DNA from: Pecten maximus
Lineage: Eukaryota
Direction of reading: 5' to 3'
DNA: 64,000 bases
Assembly (NCBI RefSeq): GCF_902652985.1
Contig: NC_047025.1
Span: 2,976,001-3,040,000, forward strand
This document shows positions 12,736 through 26,239 of this stretch, piece by piece. A program made the position numbers and the translations under genes. The notes beneath the pieces were generated by a model. That model had not been told where the DNA came from, did no database searches, and saw nothing but the letters and a program-made list of their open reading frames with translations. Each line of letters begins with the position of its first letter. Positions within the stretch are counted from its first letter, which is position 1.

Positions 12736-13244
12736 GTGAGGTTCTTGTTCGGTTTCAGCACAATATGTCAAGTTTGTGTTCAGGCTGTTGCACTCATGAA
12801 GACACTTTCTAGTGCTTCCTTGAAGAAAGTGCTTACATGGAGAAGCTTTACGTGCTCTGAGGTTAAATGTCAAAGGTCAAGGTCACTGTTAGTCTTTTGT
12901 TGTGAATACATAAACAGTTAAGCATGCTATCTTGAGGTATGTTACAGTAAGTGATAATTGCACATTAAGCCTTGATCAAGTGCAAAGAAAGAAAGTGTTT
13001 TTTTAAGGATAGCTTTTCAGACTGGAAGGTTAATTAAGTGTCAATGCAAGCCACGTTTAAGATCATGGTTACTGAAAATACTGAACCCGGAGGAACATGC
13101 TGTCAAAAATACATCTTATAAGGCCTTAACAGAGGGCCAAACATTTTGAAATTTCTTGAGGGTGTCACCGTGATATACAGATGTACAATAGGTCTTTAAA
13201 CATGTAAACCCTATCTGTGATTTTTTTCCCTCACAAAAACATTG

Positions 13245-13490
13245 TCTGGGTCGCAAGTTCAAAACACATGAGGCAGTTGCCTGGTACTGACCATAGGCCG
13301 GTGGTGTTCTCTGTGTACTCCGTCTTCCCTCCATCTCCAAAACCTTGCAGGCACATCCTTAAATGATCATGGTTGTTGATAGGACATTAAACAAAATAAA
13401 CAAAATAAAAATAAAAATGACTCTGGTTGTGGATAGAACATTAAACAAAATAAACAAAATAAAAATAAATAAAAAAATAAATAAAAAAGA
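13245..13490 (+). mobile_element. 5'-truncated, diverged copy of the tRNA-derived V-domain-like SINE, with duplicated 3' tail
   Basis: Colinear similarity to 60277-60504 (ggtactgacc.taggccggtgg...ccttaaatga...ataggacattaaacaaaa). Confidence 0.75.
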
Positions 13491-14529
13491 TCAATGGTAT
13501 TGTTGAGTTGTCCCCTTTAATTTCTCTTCTTAAAGGAACATGTTGTCAACAATTCTACGACAGAAATATTAAAAGTTCGAATCAATATCCTGATACCAGG
13601 TTAGTGAGGGTATCAATTGAGGCTCCTCGATCCATTACTGGTTATAAGATGACGTGGTACTATTTTTGCGTGATCATTAACTGCTCGGAGTGTACGTGAC
13701 AATCAGTGGGCAGTGTAACTGAGACATAGCACCTGAGGAGATACTGGCTAATTGTATATGTTCATATAATGGATCCAGTTTCTATAAATCTCCACGTGTT
13801 TCAGAGAATCGGATAATTGGATTCGCTCATTTCACTGTGACATTGTATGTAAAGAACCATATACATGCTTTCTAAAACATCTGATAAGGACCGTTGAAAA
13901 TGTTTATGGCCGTACTGATTTGCGACAGATTTCTCTGCTTTCTGATAAAGGATACCATGCCAGGATATTCTGCACCCAGCTATATATAGCTAGCCACATC
14001 ATGTTTGCGAGGTCGTCAATAGATGGCTTTCTTTTTCTGTTGTAGTTTTCCTTTTAGATATATCAAACAAACTTTACATATATGGTGCTGTGTGTTAAAT
14101 ATTTGATGTAAAACTCAAGTCCTCAGGGATGGAATTTTGAAATTTTGATTAAAAAAATCTCCCTAATTTTTACATAAGAACTATTAACAAATTTGGTATT
14201 CCTGTCAGTGCATAGAAAATGTGCATATGTGATAATAAAAATTCTGAAGCAAAAAAAAATCTGTCAGCTACTAACTTAAAATGATTACAGAAGGGATTCC
14301 AACAATAAAAATGTAATATTACTGTCCAAAGGAAACTGCATGGCTGATCGCCAGATTGTTATGCTGTTGTAAATATGCTGTTGTTACCGTTTTACTGGAC
14401 ATTACTGGACATTATGGACATTACTGGACATTACTGGTATCAGTTAGGTGTGGTTCGATACCTGTATGATAGTGAGCTTAACACCCACAGTCCAGCTATC
14501 ATTATTGAAGTAATAGGAACAGCAGGATT

Positions 14530-14850
14530 TTTTTTACCTCAGTTGTTTACACTCCAGAAACAATAGGAACGACAGGCACTTATTACCTTAGTCACTTACA
14601 CTTCAGAAACAGCCAGAACACCTGAAACTTCTTACCTCCGTTGTTTACACTTCAGAAACAACGGAAATAAAATACATTTCTTACCTCAGTGACACTCGAT
14701 CCAGAAACAACGAGAACAACATACATTTCTCACCTCAGTCGTTTACACGCCATCAGAAACAACGGGAACAACAGGCACACATTTTTGGCAATCTAACCTC
14801 AGTTGTTTATTTTCTCCAGAAACAACAGGGACTAATTAATTCTTACCTCG
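14530..14850. repeat. Degenerate ~50-bp repeat (cttacctcagttgtttacacttcagaaacaac...), ~7 copies
   Basis: Recurrent ttacctcag and cagaaacaac motifs. Confidence 0.75.
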
Positions 14851-15345
14851 ATCAGAACATGGAATGTTAATTGGTGATGTTACAGGCCAAAGTAATCAAA
14901 ATAGACATCAGAACCGGGAGTGTCAATGGGTCATTTCACAGGCCAAAGTAATTAAAATATATACATCAGAACTTGTAATGTTAATTGGTGATGTTGCAGG
15001 CCAAAGTAATCAAAATATACATCAGAACTTGTAATGTTAATTGGTGATGTTGCAGGCCAAAGTAATCAAAATATACCTCAGAACTTGTAATGTTAATTGG
15101 TGATGTTGCAGGCCAAAGTAATCAAAATATACATCAGAATTGTATTGTTGATTGGTGATGTTGCAGGCCAAAGTAATCAAAATATACATCAGAACTGTAT
15201 TGTTGATTGGTGATGTTGCAGGCCAAAGTAATCAAAATATACATCAGAACTTGTAATGTCAATTGGTGATGTTGCAGGCCAAAGTAATCAAAATATACAT
15301 CAGAACTTGTAATGTTAATTGGTGATGTTGCAGGCCAAAATATGT
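14851..15345. repeat. 56-bp minisatellite (atcagaacttgtaatgttaattggtgatgttgcaggccaaagtaatcaaaatatac), ~9 copies
   Basis: Period 56 (14965 vs 15021). Confidence 0.93.
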
Positions 15346-17218
15346 ATCATAACCTTAATGCTAATGGGAATCTGGTACTGTAGGATCTAAATTCTGGGAT
15401 CGCTGTACATATTAATATAGCCAAAGACAATACTGATTTTATAGCTGGTAACAGTTTTTGTTTATAACCATTTTATCTGGTATCATAAAGAAAATTGAAT
15501 ATGTGTGTATATGGATTCAAGTTTCATGGCAGAGACAATTAAGGAACAAAAGATAATGAAAAACCCATATATTTTTACACATCTCATTAAAATGTGATGG
15601 AAATTTTATGGTATTTTACACTTAATTCTTATCATGGAAGTGTGGTACATGCTGTATTTTATGGCTTTGTCCTTGTATTTTAAAAGTTTATCTCCGATTC
15701 AGTATTCGTAACACCTAGTACGACAAGAGAGTCGGTAAATATGACAAAACCTAGCAGGGATATGTCCGTCAAATTCTCCGTCAGTACGGAGTAGGAAATA
15801 TCTTTCCAAGGTCAACTCTCCAATTCCAATATGTCAGACTTCTTTGCCTCCAGTAGCATTCTGGTTCCAAACACTGATCGTTTGATACAAGAAAAACGTG
15901 ATTTGAATTTTCTCTGGACATGCCATTCCGACACTTGCAAGGGTAAACTGGAAATAATGGAAAACTGAACTCAATTCCAATCTGCCAAATAAAGAGAATC
16001 AGACGGAATTTAAGAGAAACCCTAGCCTTTAATGGTGATATGTGTTTCAGATCAGGCTTCTCATATTCTACATAGAAGTTATAAGGACCCGCATCAGTGA
16101 TATGGTTGCCCTTAACTGATATAGTACAGGTGCCCTAAACTGATATACAGGTGACCTGTGACCTATAGTAATCACTCTTTCTGTCCGTCCATTCATCTGT
16201 TCATTCGTCCACACATTATATTCCCAGCTGATAATTTAGGTATTTATATGTTGACCAATTTACATGGAATGTGGTCAAGAAGTCCAGTTTGAAAAAACAA
16301 ATATGTACTGAGGTCACAAATCAAGGTTAAAAGTCAAGGTCATTAGATCCAAAGGTCAAAGATGAGCATTTTGTTATGACCATATGAACGTAAGAATTAA
16401 ACAATTCAGGTAATTAACAACTGACTAAAGGTCATGATCACTGGGTCAAAGGTCAAGGCCAAATTTTGATTTTTTTTTTTACTGATAAACATTTTATTAT
16501 TATGACATTATGAATCAATGTTGGTCAGTATTGATTAGGGATGCTTGAAGGAAAAGTGTTACCTTGGACTGTTATGGTTGGGGGGTTGGGGGTTGGGGGG
16601 GGGGGGGGTTGGGTTCGTTTGGATGGGGTTTGTTGAAACCTGTCAGTGTGGTTGTACAATATCAGTATGCGGTGTTCATGAGTAAAAACATAAGGGGAAA
16701 TCTGTCAAACCAAGGTTGAAATAATTATGTGCCAATTTCTTCCATCACCAGAATCTATATAAATGTGTTCTATAGTAAGGAAATACAGGAATTATCAGGT
16801 TACTGGCCATCTCGTCCAATTACTGGGGGAGGGGGATTGCTTGTGTAGCCAGATAATCAGCTGTTCCTGGTGGATCATTAATAATTGTCCAGGCAGACTT
16901 ACCCTCCAGCATGTAGATACAATTTTACTGATGTACTTCATAACCCCAGACAAAAAATAGAGAAGAGAGTGATGGGGTAAAATATATCATTTGCCCCTTA
17001 TACCTAACAGGAGTTAAGACAAGCTGTAGGTGGGAGGACTGGACTGACGGTAAAATATATCATTTGCCCCTTACTTAACAGGAGTCAGACAAGCTATAGG
17101 TGGGAGGACTGGAGTGTACTGAATCAACTTAAAAATTCACATGATTTCAATATTCTTTTTATTTATTTAAAAAGCCATAGAACAGATGCGTGATACAGGC
17201 CCATTGGGCCTCCTGTGT

Positions 17219-17800
17219 TTAACTCTTTCCGTACTTTGTGTTCCTTCCGGGTTCCGTACCCGAAGTAGTTATTAGGCTCGCCCCCAGAAGTTAAAACAAA
17301 ATGGCAGACTACATGTGCATATTTGGTGTGTTGTTTTTATGTAGAAACCCAAAGTGTTACATTTGTATAAAATTAAGAAATATTTAACTCAATAAGATCT
17401 AGATGTCAGATTGAACATTTTGAAACATCCTAGACACTGATATCTAAAATGCAACTGTAGGAAGCCGCCATATTGTTTACATCAACAACATATTGAGAAA
17501 ATATCACATATTACTCTTAACGGAAAAACATGTAACCCAAACAAAATAAAAACAAATTTATCAACCAAAATGTTTGTTTCAAAACTTTTGAACACTTTTT
17601 ATATGTCATTGCATTGGATTATTGTATATGTATGGTGATGTTTTCAACAAATCAACACTTCAATAACGTCAACCAAGCCTGTCGACTATAGTCGACAGTG
17701 AGGAAGAGGGAGCTTAAATTATGTCGACTATAGTCGACATCAGGGAAGAGGGAACACATTTTTATGTTGACTATAGTCGACAACGGTACTGAAAGAGTTT
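17219..17800. mobile_element. Non-autonomous DNA transposon (MITE), piggyBac-like ends, with three subterminal palindromes
   Basis: Left end TTAA-CTCTTTCCGTAC; right end GTACTGAAAGAG-TT (inverted, 1 mismatch). GTCGACTATAGTCGAC at 17681 and 17723, with a variant at 17766. Confidence 0.6.
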
Positions 17801-17852
17801 TGTTTGTCTAATATGGCTGAATGTCCTAAACTTTATTTCTGATTGGTTACAG

Positions 17853-17970
17853 TGGTACGGGAGTCGAGGACCAGATAGGACCGGCCACACACCAGGCTAT
17901 CCTAAAGCAGCCTTCAGCCTACTGTATCACAGAGGGTCAGATGAGGGAAGATGTCCAGTCTACATATGTG
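17853..17970 (+). CDS. LRRCC1: LRRCC1-like internal exon A (phase 2 to 0): GTGVEDQIGPATHQAILKQPSAYCITEGQMREDVQSTYV
   Basis: ttacAG acceptor, GTG|GTAAAT donor, 118 nt open. Joins exon B in frame as EDVQSTYV|QLMKELENERE, which resembles the LRRCC1 segment preceding QLDQEREKRW. Confidence 0.7.
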
Positions 17971-18029
17971 GTAAATTAAGTCTTTGACCACACTGACCAT
18001 TCAATTTTCCATAAACTTTAATTGACCAT

Positions 18030-21000
18030 TCACCACACAGACCATTGGCCTTCTGGATACTGACCCACCCATAAAGTTATATAGTTCCCAATAACATTGA
18101 TTTGCCTTCAGGACAATTTCCCTCAGTATTTTAGTCCCATACAACATTGGCCCTCTGGATATTGGCCTATACACTTACTTCGATCAGCATTGACTTTCAG
18201 GATACTGGTCCACAAATACAGTCTTAATTAGTCAACCCACAACATTGGCCTTAAGGATACTGACCAACCAATACAGACTTCAAAGTCCCCCACAACGTTG
18301 GCCTTCGTGATACTCATTGGCCCACCCATAGGGTTTTAGTCCCCAACAACATTGGCCTTTAGGTTACTGGCCCACCCATAGGGTCTTAGTCCCCAACAAC
18401 ATTGGCCTTTAGGTTACTGGCCCACCCATAGGGTCTTAGTCTACCACAACATTGGCCTTTAGGTTACTGGCCCACCCATAGGGTCTTAGTCTATAACACA
18501 ACATTGGCCTTTAGGTTACTGGCCCACCCATAGGGTCTTAGTCTACCACACCATTGGCCTTTAGGTTACTGACCCACCCATAGGGTCTTAGTCCCCAACA
18601 ACATTGGCCTTTAGGTTACTGACCCATCCATAGGGTCTTAGTCCCCAACAACATTGGCCTTTAGGTTACTGGCCCACCCATAGGGTCTTAGTCCCCAACA
18701 ACATTGGCCTTTAGGTTACTGGCCCACCCATAGGGTCTTAGTCCCCAACAACATTGGCCTTTAGGTTACTGGCCCACCCATAGGGTCTTAGTCCCCAACA
18801 ACATTGGCCTTTAGGTTACTGGCCCACCCATAGGGTCTTAGTCCCCAACAACATTGGCCTTTAGGTTACTGGCCCACCCATAGGGTCTTAGTCTACCACA
18901 ACATTGGCCTTTAGGTTACTGGCCCACCCATAGGGTCTTAGTCCCCAACAACATTGGCCTTTAGGTTACTGGCCCACCCATAGGGATGTCTTAGTCCCCA
19001 ACAACATTGGCCTTTAGGTTACTGGCCCACCCATAGGGTCTTAGTCCCCAACAACATTGGCCTTTAGGTTACTGGCCCACCCATAGGGTCTTAGTCTATA
19101 ACACAACATTGGCCTTTAGGTTACTGGCCCACCCATAGGGTCTTAGTCTACCACAACATTGGCCTTTAGGTTACTGACCCACCCATAGGGTCTTAGTCCC
19201 CAACAACATTGGCCTTTAGGTTACTGACCCATCCATAGGGTCTTAGTCCCCAACAACATTGGCCTTTAGGTTACTGGCCCACCCATAGGGTCTTAGTCCC
19301 TAACAACATCGACCTTCAGGTTACTGGTCCACCCATAGGGTCTTAGTCTACCACAACATTGGCCTTTAGGTTACTGGCCCACCCATAGGGTCTTAGTCCC
19401 CAACAACATTGGCCTTTAGGTTACTGGCCCACCCATAGGGTCTTAGTCTACCACAACATTGGCCTTTAGGTTACTGGCCCACCCATAGGGTCTTAGTCTA
19501 CCACAACATTGGCCTTTAGGTTACTGGCCCACCCATAGGGTCTTAGTCCCCAACAACATTGGCCTTTAGGTTACTGACCCACCCATAGGGTCTTAGTCTA
19601 CCACAACATTGGCCTTTAGGTTACTGACCCACCCATAGGGTCTTAGTCCCCAACAACATTGGCCTTTAGGTTACTGACCCACCCATAGGGTCTTAGTCCC
19701 CAACAACATTGGCCTTTAGGTTACTGACCCACCCATAGGGTCTTAGTCTACCACAACATTGGCCTTTAGGTTACTGGCCCACCCATAGGGTCTTAGTCCC
19801 CAACAACATTGGCCTTTATGTTACTGGCCCACCCATAGGGTCTTAATCCCCAACAACATTGGCCTTTAGGTTACTGGCCCACCCATAGGGTCTTAGTCTA
19901 CCACAACATTGGCCTTTAGGTTACTGGCCCACCCATAGGGTCTTAGTCCCCAACAACATTGGCCTTTAGGTTACTGGCCCACCCATAGGATCTTAGTCCC
20001 CAACAACATTGGCCTTTAGGTTACTGACCCACCCATAGGGTCTTAGTCCCCAACAACATTGGCCTTTAGGTTACTGGCTCAACCATAGGGACTTAGTCCC
20101 CAACAACATTGGCCTTTAGGTTACTGGCCCACCCATAGGGTCTTAGTCTACCACAACATTGGCCTTCAGGTTACTGGCCCACCCATAGGGTCTTAGTCCC
20201 CAACAACATTGGCCTTTAGGTTACTGGCCCACCCATAGGGTCTTAGTCCCTAACAACATTGGCCTTTAGGTAACTGGCCCACCCATAGCTATAGGGTCTT
20301 AGTCCCCAACAACATTGGCCTTCAGGTTACTGGCCCACACATAGGGTCTTAGTCTACCACAACATTGGCCTTCAGGTTACTGGCCCACCCATAGGGTCTT
20401 AGTCTACAACAACATTGGCCTTTAGGTTACTGGCCCACCCATAGGGTCTTAGTCTACCACAACATTGGCCTTTAGGTTACTGGCCCACCCATAGGGTCTT
20501 AGTCCCCAACAACATTGGCCTTTAGGTTACTGGCCCACCCATAGGGTCTTAGTCCCCAACAACATTGGCCTTTAGGTTACTGGCCCACCCATAGGGTCTT
20601 AGTCTACCACAACATTGGCCTTTAGGTTACTGGCCCACCCATAGGGTCTTAGTCCCCAACAACATTGGCCTTTAGGTAACTGGCCCACCCATAGGGTCTT
20701 AGTCTACCACAACATTGGCCTTTAGGTTACTGGCCCACCCATAGGGTCTTAGTCCCCAACAACATTGGCCTTTAGGTTACTGGCCCACCCATAGGGTCTT
20801 AGTCTACCACAACATTGGCCTTTAGGTTACTGGCCCACCCATAGGGTCTTAGTCCCCAACAACATTGGCCTTTAGGTAACTGGCCCACCCATAGGGTCTT
20901 AGTCTACCACAACATTGGAGTTTAGGTTACTGGCCCACCCATAGGGTCTTAGTCCCCAACAACATTGGCCTTTAGGTTACTGGCCCACCCATAGGGTCTT

Positions 21001-24000
21001 AGTCCCCAACAACATTGGCCTTTAGGTTACTGGCCCACCCATAGGGTCTTAGTCTAACACAACATTGGCCTTTAGGTTACTGGCCCACCCATAGGGTCTT
21101 AGTCCCCAACAACATTGGCCTTTAGGTTACTGGCCCACCCATAGGGTCTTAGTCTACCACAACATTGGCCTTTAGGTAACTGGCCCACCCATAGGGTCTT
21201 AATCCCCAACAACATTGGCCTTTAGGTTACTGGCCCACCCATAGGGTCTTAGTCCCCAACAACATTGGCCTTTAGGTTACTGACCCACCCATAGGGTCTT
21301 AGTCCCCAACAACATTGGCCTTTAGGTTACTGGCCCAACCATAGGGTCTTAGTCTAACACAACATTGGCCTTTAGGTAACTAGCCCACCCATAGGGTCTT
21401 AGTCCCCAACAACATTGGCCTTTAGGTTACTGGCCCACCCATAGGGTCTTAGTCTACCACAACGTTGGCCTTTAGGTTACTGGCCCACCCATAGGGTCTT
21501 AGTCTACCACAACATTGGCCTTTAGGTTACTGGCCCACCCATAGGGTCTTAGTCTACCACAACATTGGCCTTTAGGTTACTGGCCCACCCATAGGGTCTT
21601 AGTCCCCAACAACATTGGCCTTTAGGTTACTGACCCACCCATAGGGTCTTAGTCCCCAACAACATTGGCCTTTAGGTTACTGGCCCACCCATAGGGTCTT
21701 AGTCCCCAACAACATTGGCCTTTAGGTTACTGACCCACCCATAGGGTCTTAGTCCCCAACAACATTGGCCTTTAGGTTACTGGCCCACCCTTAGGGTCTT
21801 AGTCCCCAACAACATTGGCCTTTAGGTTACTGGCCCACCCATAGGGTCTTAGTCCCCAACAACATTGGTCTTTTTTTTACTGGCCCACCCATAGGGTCTT
21901 AGTCCCCAACAACATTGGCCTTTAGGTTACTGGCCCACCCATAGGGTCTTAGTCCCCAACAGCATTGGCCTTTAGGTTACTGGCCCACCCATAGGGTCTT
22001 AGTCCCCAACAACATTGGCCTTTAGGTTACTGGCCCACCCATAGGGTCTTAGTCCCCAGCAACATTGGCCTTTAGGTAACTGGCCCACCCTTAGGGTCTT
22101 AGTCCCCAACAACATTGGCCTTTAGGTTACTGGCCAAACCCATAGGGTCTTAGTCCCCAACAACATCGGCCTTTAGCTTACTGGCCCACCCATAGGGTCT
22201 TAGTCTACCACAACATTGGCCTTTAGGTTACTGGCCCACCCACAGGGTCTTAGTCCCCAACAACATTGGCCTTTAGGTTACTGGCCCACCCACAGGGTCT
22301 TAGTCCCCAACAACATTGGCCTTTAGGTTACTGGCCCACCCATAGGGTCTTAGTCCCCAACAACATTGGCCTTTAGGTTACTGGCCCACCCATAGGGTCT
22401 TAGTCCCCAACAACATTAGCTTTTAGGTTACTGGCCCAACCATAGGGTCTTAGTCCCCAACAACATTGGCCTTCAGGTTACTGGTCCACCGATAGGGTCT
22501 TAGTCCCCAACAACATTGGCCTTTATGTTACTGGCCCACCCATAGGGTCTTAGTCCCCAACAACATTGGTCTTTAGGTTACTGGCCCACTCATAGGGTCT
22601 TAGTCCCCAACAACATTGGCCTTTATGTTACTGGCCCACCCATAGGGTCTTAGTCCTCAACAACATTGGCCTTTAGGTAACTGGCCCACCCATAGGGTCT
22701 TAGTTTAACACAACATTGGCCTTTAGGTTACTGACCCACCCATAGGGTCTTAGTCCCCAACAACATTGGCCTTTAGGTTACTGGCCCACCCATAGGGTCT
22801 TAGTCCCCAACAACATCGGCCTTTAGGTTACTGGCCCAACCATAGGGTCTTAGTCCCCAACAACATTGGCCTTTAGGTAACTGGCCCACCCATAGGGTCT
22901 TAGTCCCCAACAACATTGGCCTTTAGGTTACTGGCCCACCCATAGGGTCTTAGTCCCCAACAGCATTGGCCTTTAGGTTACTGACCCACCCATAGGGTCT
23001 TAGTCCCCAACAACATCGGCCTTTAGGTTACTGGCCCAACCATAGGGTCTTAGTCCCCAACAACATTGGCCTTTAGGTTACTGGCCCACCCATAGGGTCT
23101 TAGTCCCCAACAACATTGGCCTTTAGCTTACTGGCCCACCCATAGGGTCTTAGTCCCCAACAACATTGGCCTTTAGGTTACTGGCCCACCCATAGGGTCT
23201 TAGTCCCCAACAACATTGGCCTTTAGGTTACTGACCCACCCATAGGGTCTTAGTCCCCAACAACATTGGCCTTTAGGTTACTGGCCCACCCTTAGGGTCT
23301 TAGTCCCCAACAACATTGGCCTTTAGGTTACTGGCCCACCCATAGGGTCTTAGTCCCCAACAACATTGGTCTTTTTTTTACTGGCCCACCCATAGGGTCT
23401 TAGTCCCCAACAACATTGGCCTTTAGGTTACTGGCCCACCCATAGGGTCTTAGTCCCCAACAACATTGGCCTTTAGGTTACTGGCCCACCCATAGGGTCT
23501 TAGTCCCCAACAACATTGGCCTTTAGGTTACTGGCCCACCCATAGGGTCTTAGTCCCCAACAACATTGGCCTTTAGGTTACTGGCCCACCCATAGGGTCT
23601 TAATCCCCAACAACATTGGCCTTTAGGTTACTGGCCCACCCATAGGGTATTAGTCCCCAACAACATTGGCCTTTAGGTTACTGGCCCACCCATAGGGTCT
23701 TAGTCCCCAACAACATTGGCCTTTAGGTAACTGGCCCACCCATAGGGTCTTAGTCCCCAGCAACATTGGCCTTTAGGTAACTGGACCACCCATAGGGTCT
23801 TAGTCCCCAACAACATTGGCCTTTAGGTAACTGGCCCACCCATAGGGTCTTAGTCCCCAGCAACATTGGCCTTTAGGTAACTGGACCACCCATAGGGTCT
23901 TAGTCCCCAACAACATTGGCCTTTAGGTTACTGGCCCACCCATAGGGTTTTAGTCCCCAACAACATTGGCCTTTAGGTTACTGGCCCAGCCATAGGGTCT

Positions 24001-25370
24001 TAGTCTAACACAACATTGGTCTTTAGGTTACTGGCCCACCCATAGGGTCTTAGTCCCCAACAACATTGGCCTTTATGTTACTGGTCCACCCATAGGGTCT
24101 TAGTCTACCACAACATTGGCCTATAGGTTACTGGCCCACCCATAGGGTCTTAGTCCCCAACAACATTGGCCTTTAGGTTACTGGCCCACCCATAGGGTCT
24201 TAGTCCCCAACAACATTGGCCTTTAGGTTACTGGCCACCCATAAGATCTTAGTCTAACACAACTTTGGCCTTTAGATTACTGGCCCACCCATAGGGTCTT
24301 AGTCCCCAACAACATTGGCCTTTCGGTTACTGGCCCACCCATAGGGTCTTAGTCTACCACAACATTGGCCTTTAGGTTACTGGCCCACCCATAGGGTCTT
24401 AGTCTACCACAACTTTGGCCTTTAGATTACTGGCCCACCCATAGGGTCTTAATCCCCAACAACATTGGCCTTTAGGTTACTGGCCCACCCATAGGGTCTT
24501 AGTCCCCAACAACATTGGCCTTTCGGTTACTGGCCCACCCATAGGGTCTTAGTCCCCAACAACATTGGCCTTTAGGTAACTGGCCCACCCATAGGGTCTT
24601 AGTCTACCACAACTTTGGCCTTTAGGTTACTGGCCACCCATAGGGTCTTAGTCCCCAACAACATTGGCCTTTAGGTTACTGGCCCACCCATAGGGTCTTA
24701 GTCCCCAACAACATTGGCCTTTAGGTTACTGGCCACCCATAGGGTCTTAGTCTACCACAACATTGGCCTTTAGGTTACTGGCCCACCCATAGGGTCTTAG
24801 TCCCCAACAACATTGGCCTTTAGGTTACTGGCCCACCCATAGGGTCTTAGTCCCCAACAACATTGGCCTTTAGGTTACTGGCCCACCCATAGGGTCTTAG
24901 TCCCCAACAACATTGGCCTATAGGTTACTGGCCCACCCATAGGGTCTTAGTCCCCAACAACATTGGCCTTTAGGTTACTGGCCCACCCATAGGGTCTTAG
25001 TCCCCAACAACATTGGCCTTTAGGTTACTGGCCACCCATAGGGTCTTAGTCTACAACAACATTGGCCTTTAGGTTACTGGCCCACCCATAGGGTCTTAGT
25101 CCCCAACAACATTGGCCTTTAGGTAACTGGCCCACCCATAGGGTCTTAGTCCCCAACAACATTGGCCTTTAGGTTACTGGCCCACCCATAGGGTCTTAGT
25201 CCCCAACAACATTGGCCTTTAGGTTACTGGCCACCCATATGGTCTTAGTCCCCAACAACATTGGCCTTTAGGTAACTGGCCCACCCATAGGGTCTTAGTC
25301 CCCAACAACATTGGCCTTTAGGTTACTGGCCCACCCATAGGGTCTTAGTCCCCAACAACATTGGCCTTCG
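18030..25370. repeat. 50-bp satellite (ccccaacaacattggcctttaggttactggcccacccatagggtcttagt), ~140 homogeneous copies plus a degenerate 5' edge
   Basis: Period 50 (18341 vs 18391) over ~7 kb. Confidence 0.98.
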
Positions 25371-26239
25371 GGATAAGGTACCTATCAGGGTGCCATGTTC
25401 AAAGTCATATAATATGATCATATAATAAAGTGTGCTTTGTAACTATATATATAATGCTGAATGTACAAGTGAGTCTGTCAGTGTTAGAAAGTGACCTTTG
25501 ATAACATTAACTTGGCCCTGGTATGAAGTGTGAGTGAATGTTTTGTAAGCCCTTGCCTGTTGATTAGCCCATCCTTATACATACATAAAACAATTCAGTG
25601 GAAATGACAACTGATGTCACTTATTTGTCCTGCAATAAGCTGATTTGGCCCCCGGAGCTTATTGCCTGATGATTGTGGCAAGTTTATATATTTGACAGTT
25701 GAGGGGATTTCTATCGATTGTAAATTAGCCTGTAGGTACAGTACATCAAATTTAAGTTTAGAATGAGTGATCTTGTTTGACATATTTGAGAATTATTTGG
25801 TTGAGCGAGTTTTTTTCTCGTGAAAGTGCTAGAAACAAGATAAAAATCAGAATCCTATATACCCAAGTAGTTTGCTTTCAATTTAGATTATTTTCTGGGT
25901 GCCGATAACTGAACCATACCTTAAAGTAGAAATGAAGTTGAATAATTAAATTACTCAGCTTGGAAAATCCTGTTTAAATGTGCAACAAATCAGAAGGCTG
26001 CCCTAGGGGAGAAATGATGTAACCTTTTCTCTGGTGATCGCTACAGCTATCTGATCTTTCAGCTAGTACAGCAAATCAAATTCCGGCTACAAATCTTCTA
26101 ATTTGTGTTAGATAGATATTTATTGTGGTGTTTAGATTAACACAGAGATCATGCTATCTTCCCGGTACCTGGTTATTTGTACATTAGATGGATAAAGGTC
26201 ACAGAGTGGAGAACCTTGTACCAAGTTAACACTGTGGTC

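Noticed and set aside
16576-16630. G-run tract with G-quadruplex potential
   Set aside because: It is a simple low-complexity G tract within TE debris, with nothing linking it to function.
18340-25370. CRISPR-like appearance of the long regular arrays (also 35004-36491 and 1-358, which have hairpin units)
   Set aside because: Units are head-to-tail with no unique spacers, there are no cas genes, and the context is a eukaryotic intron.
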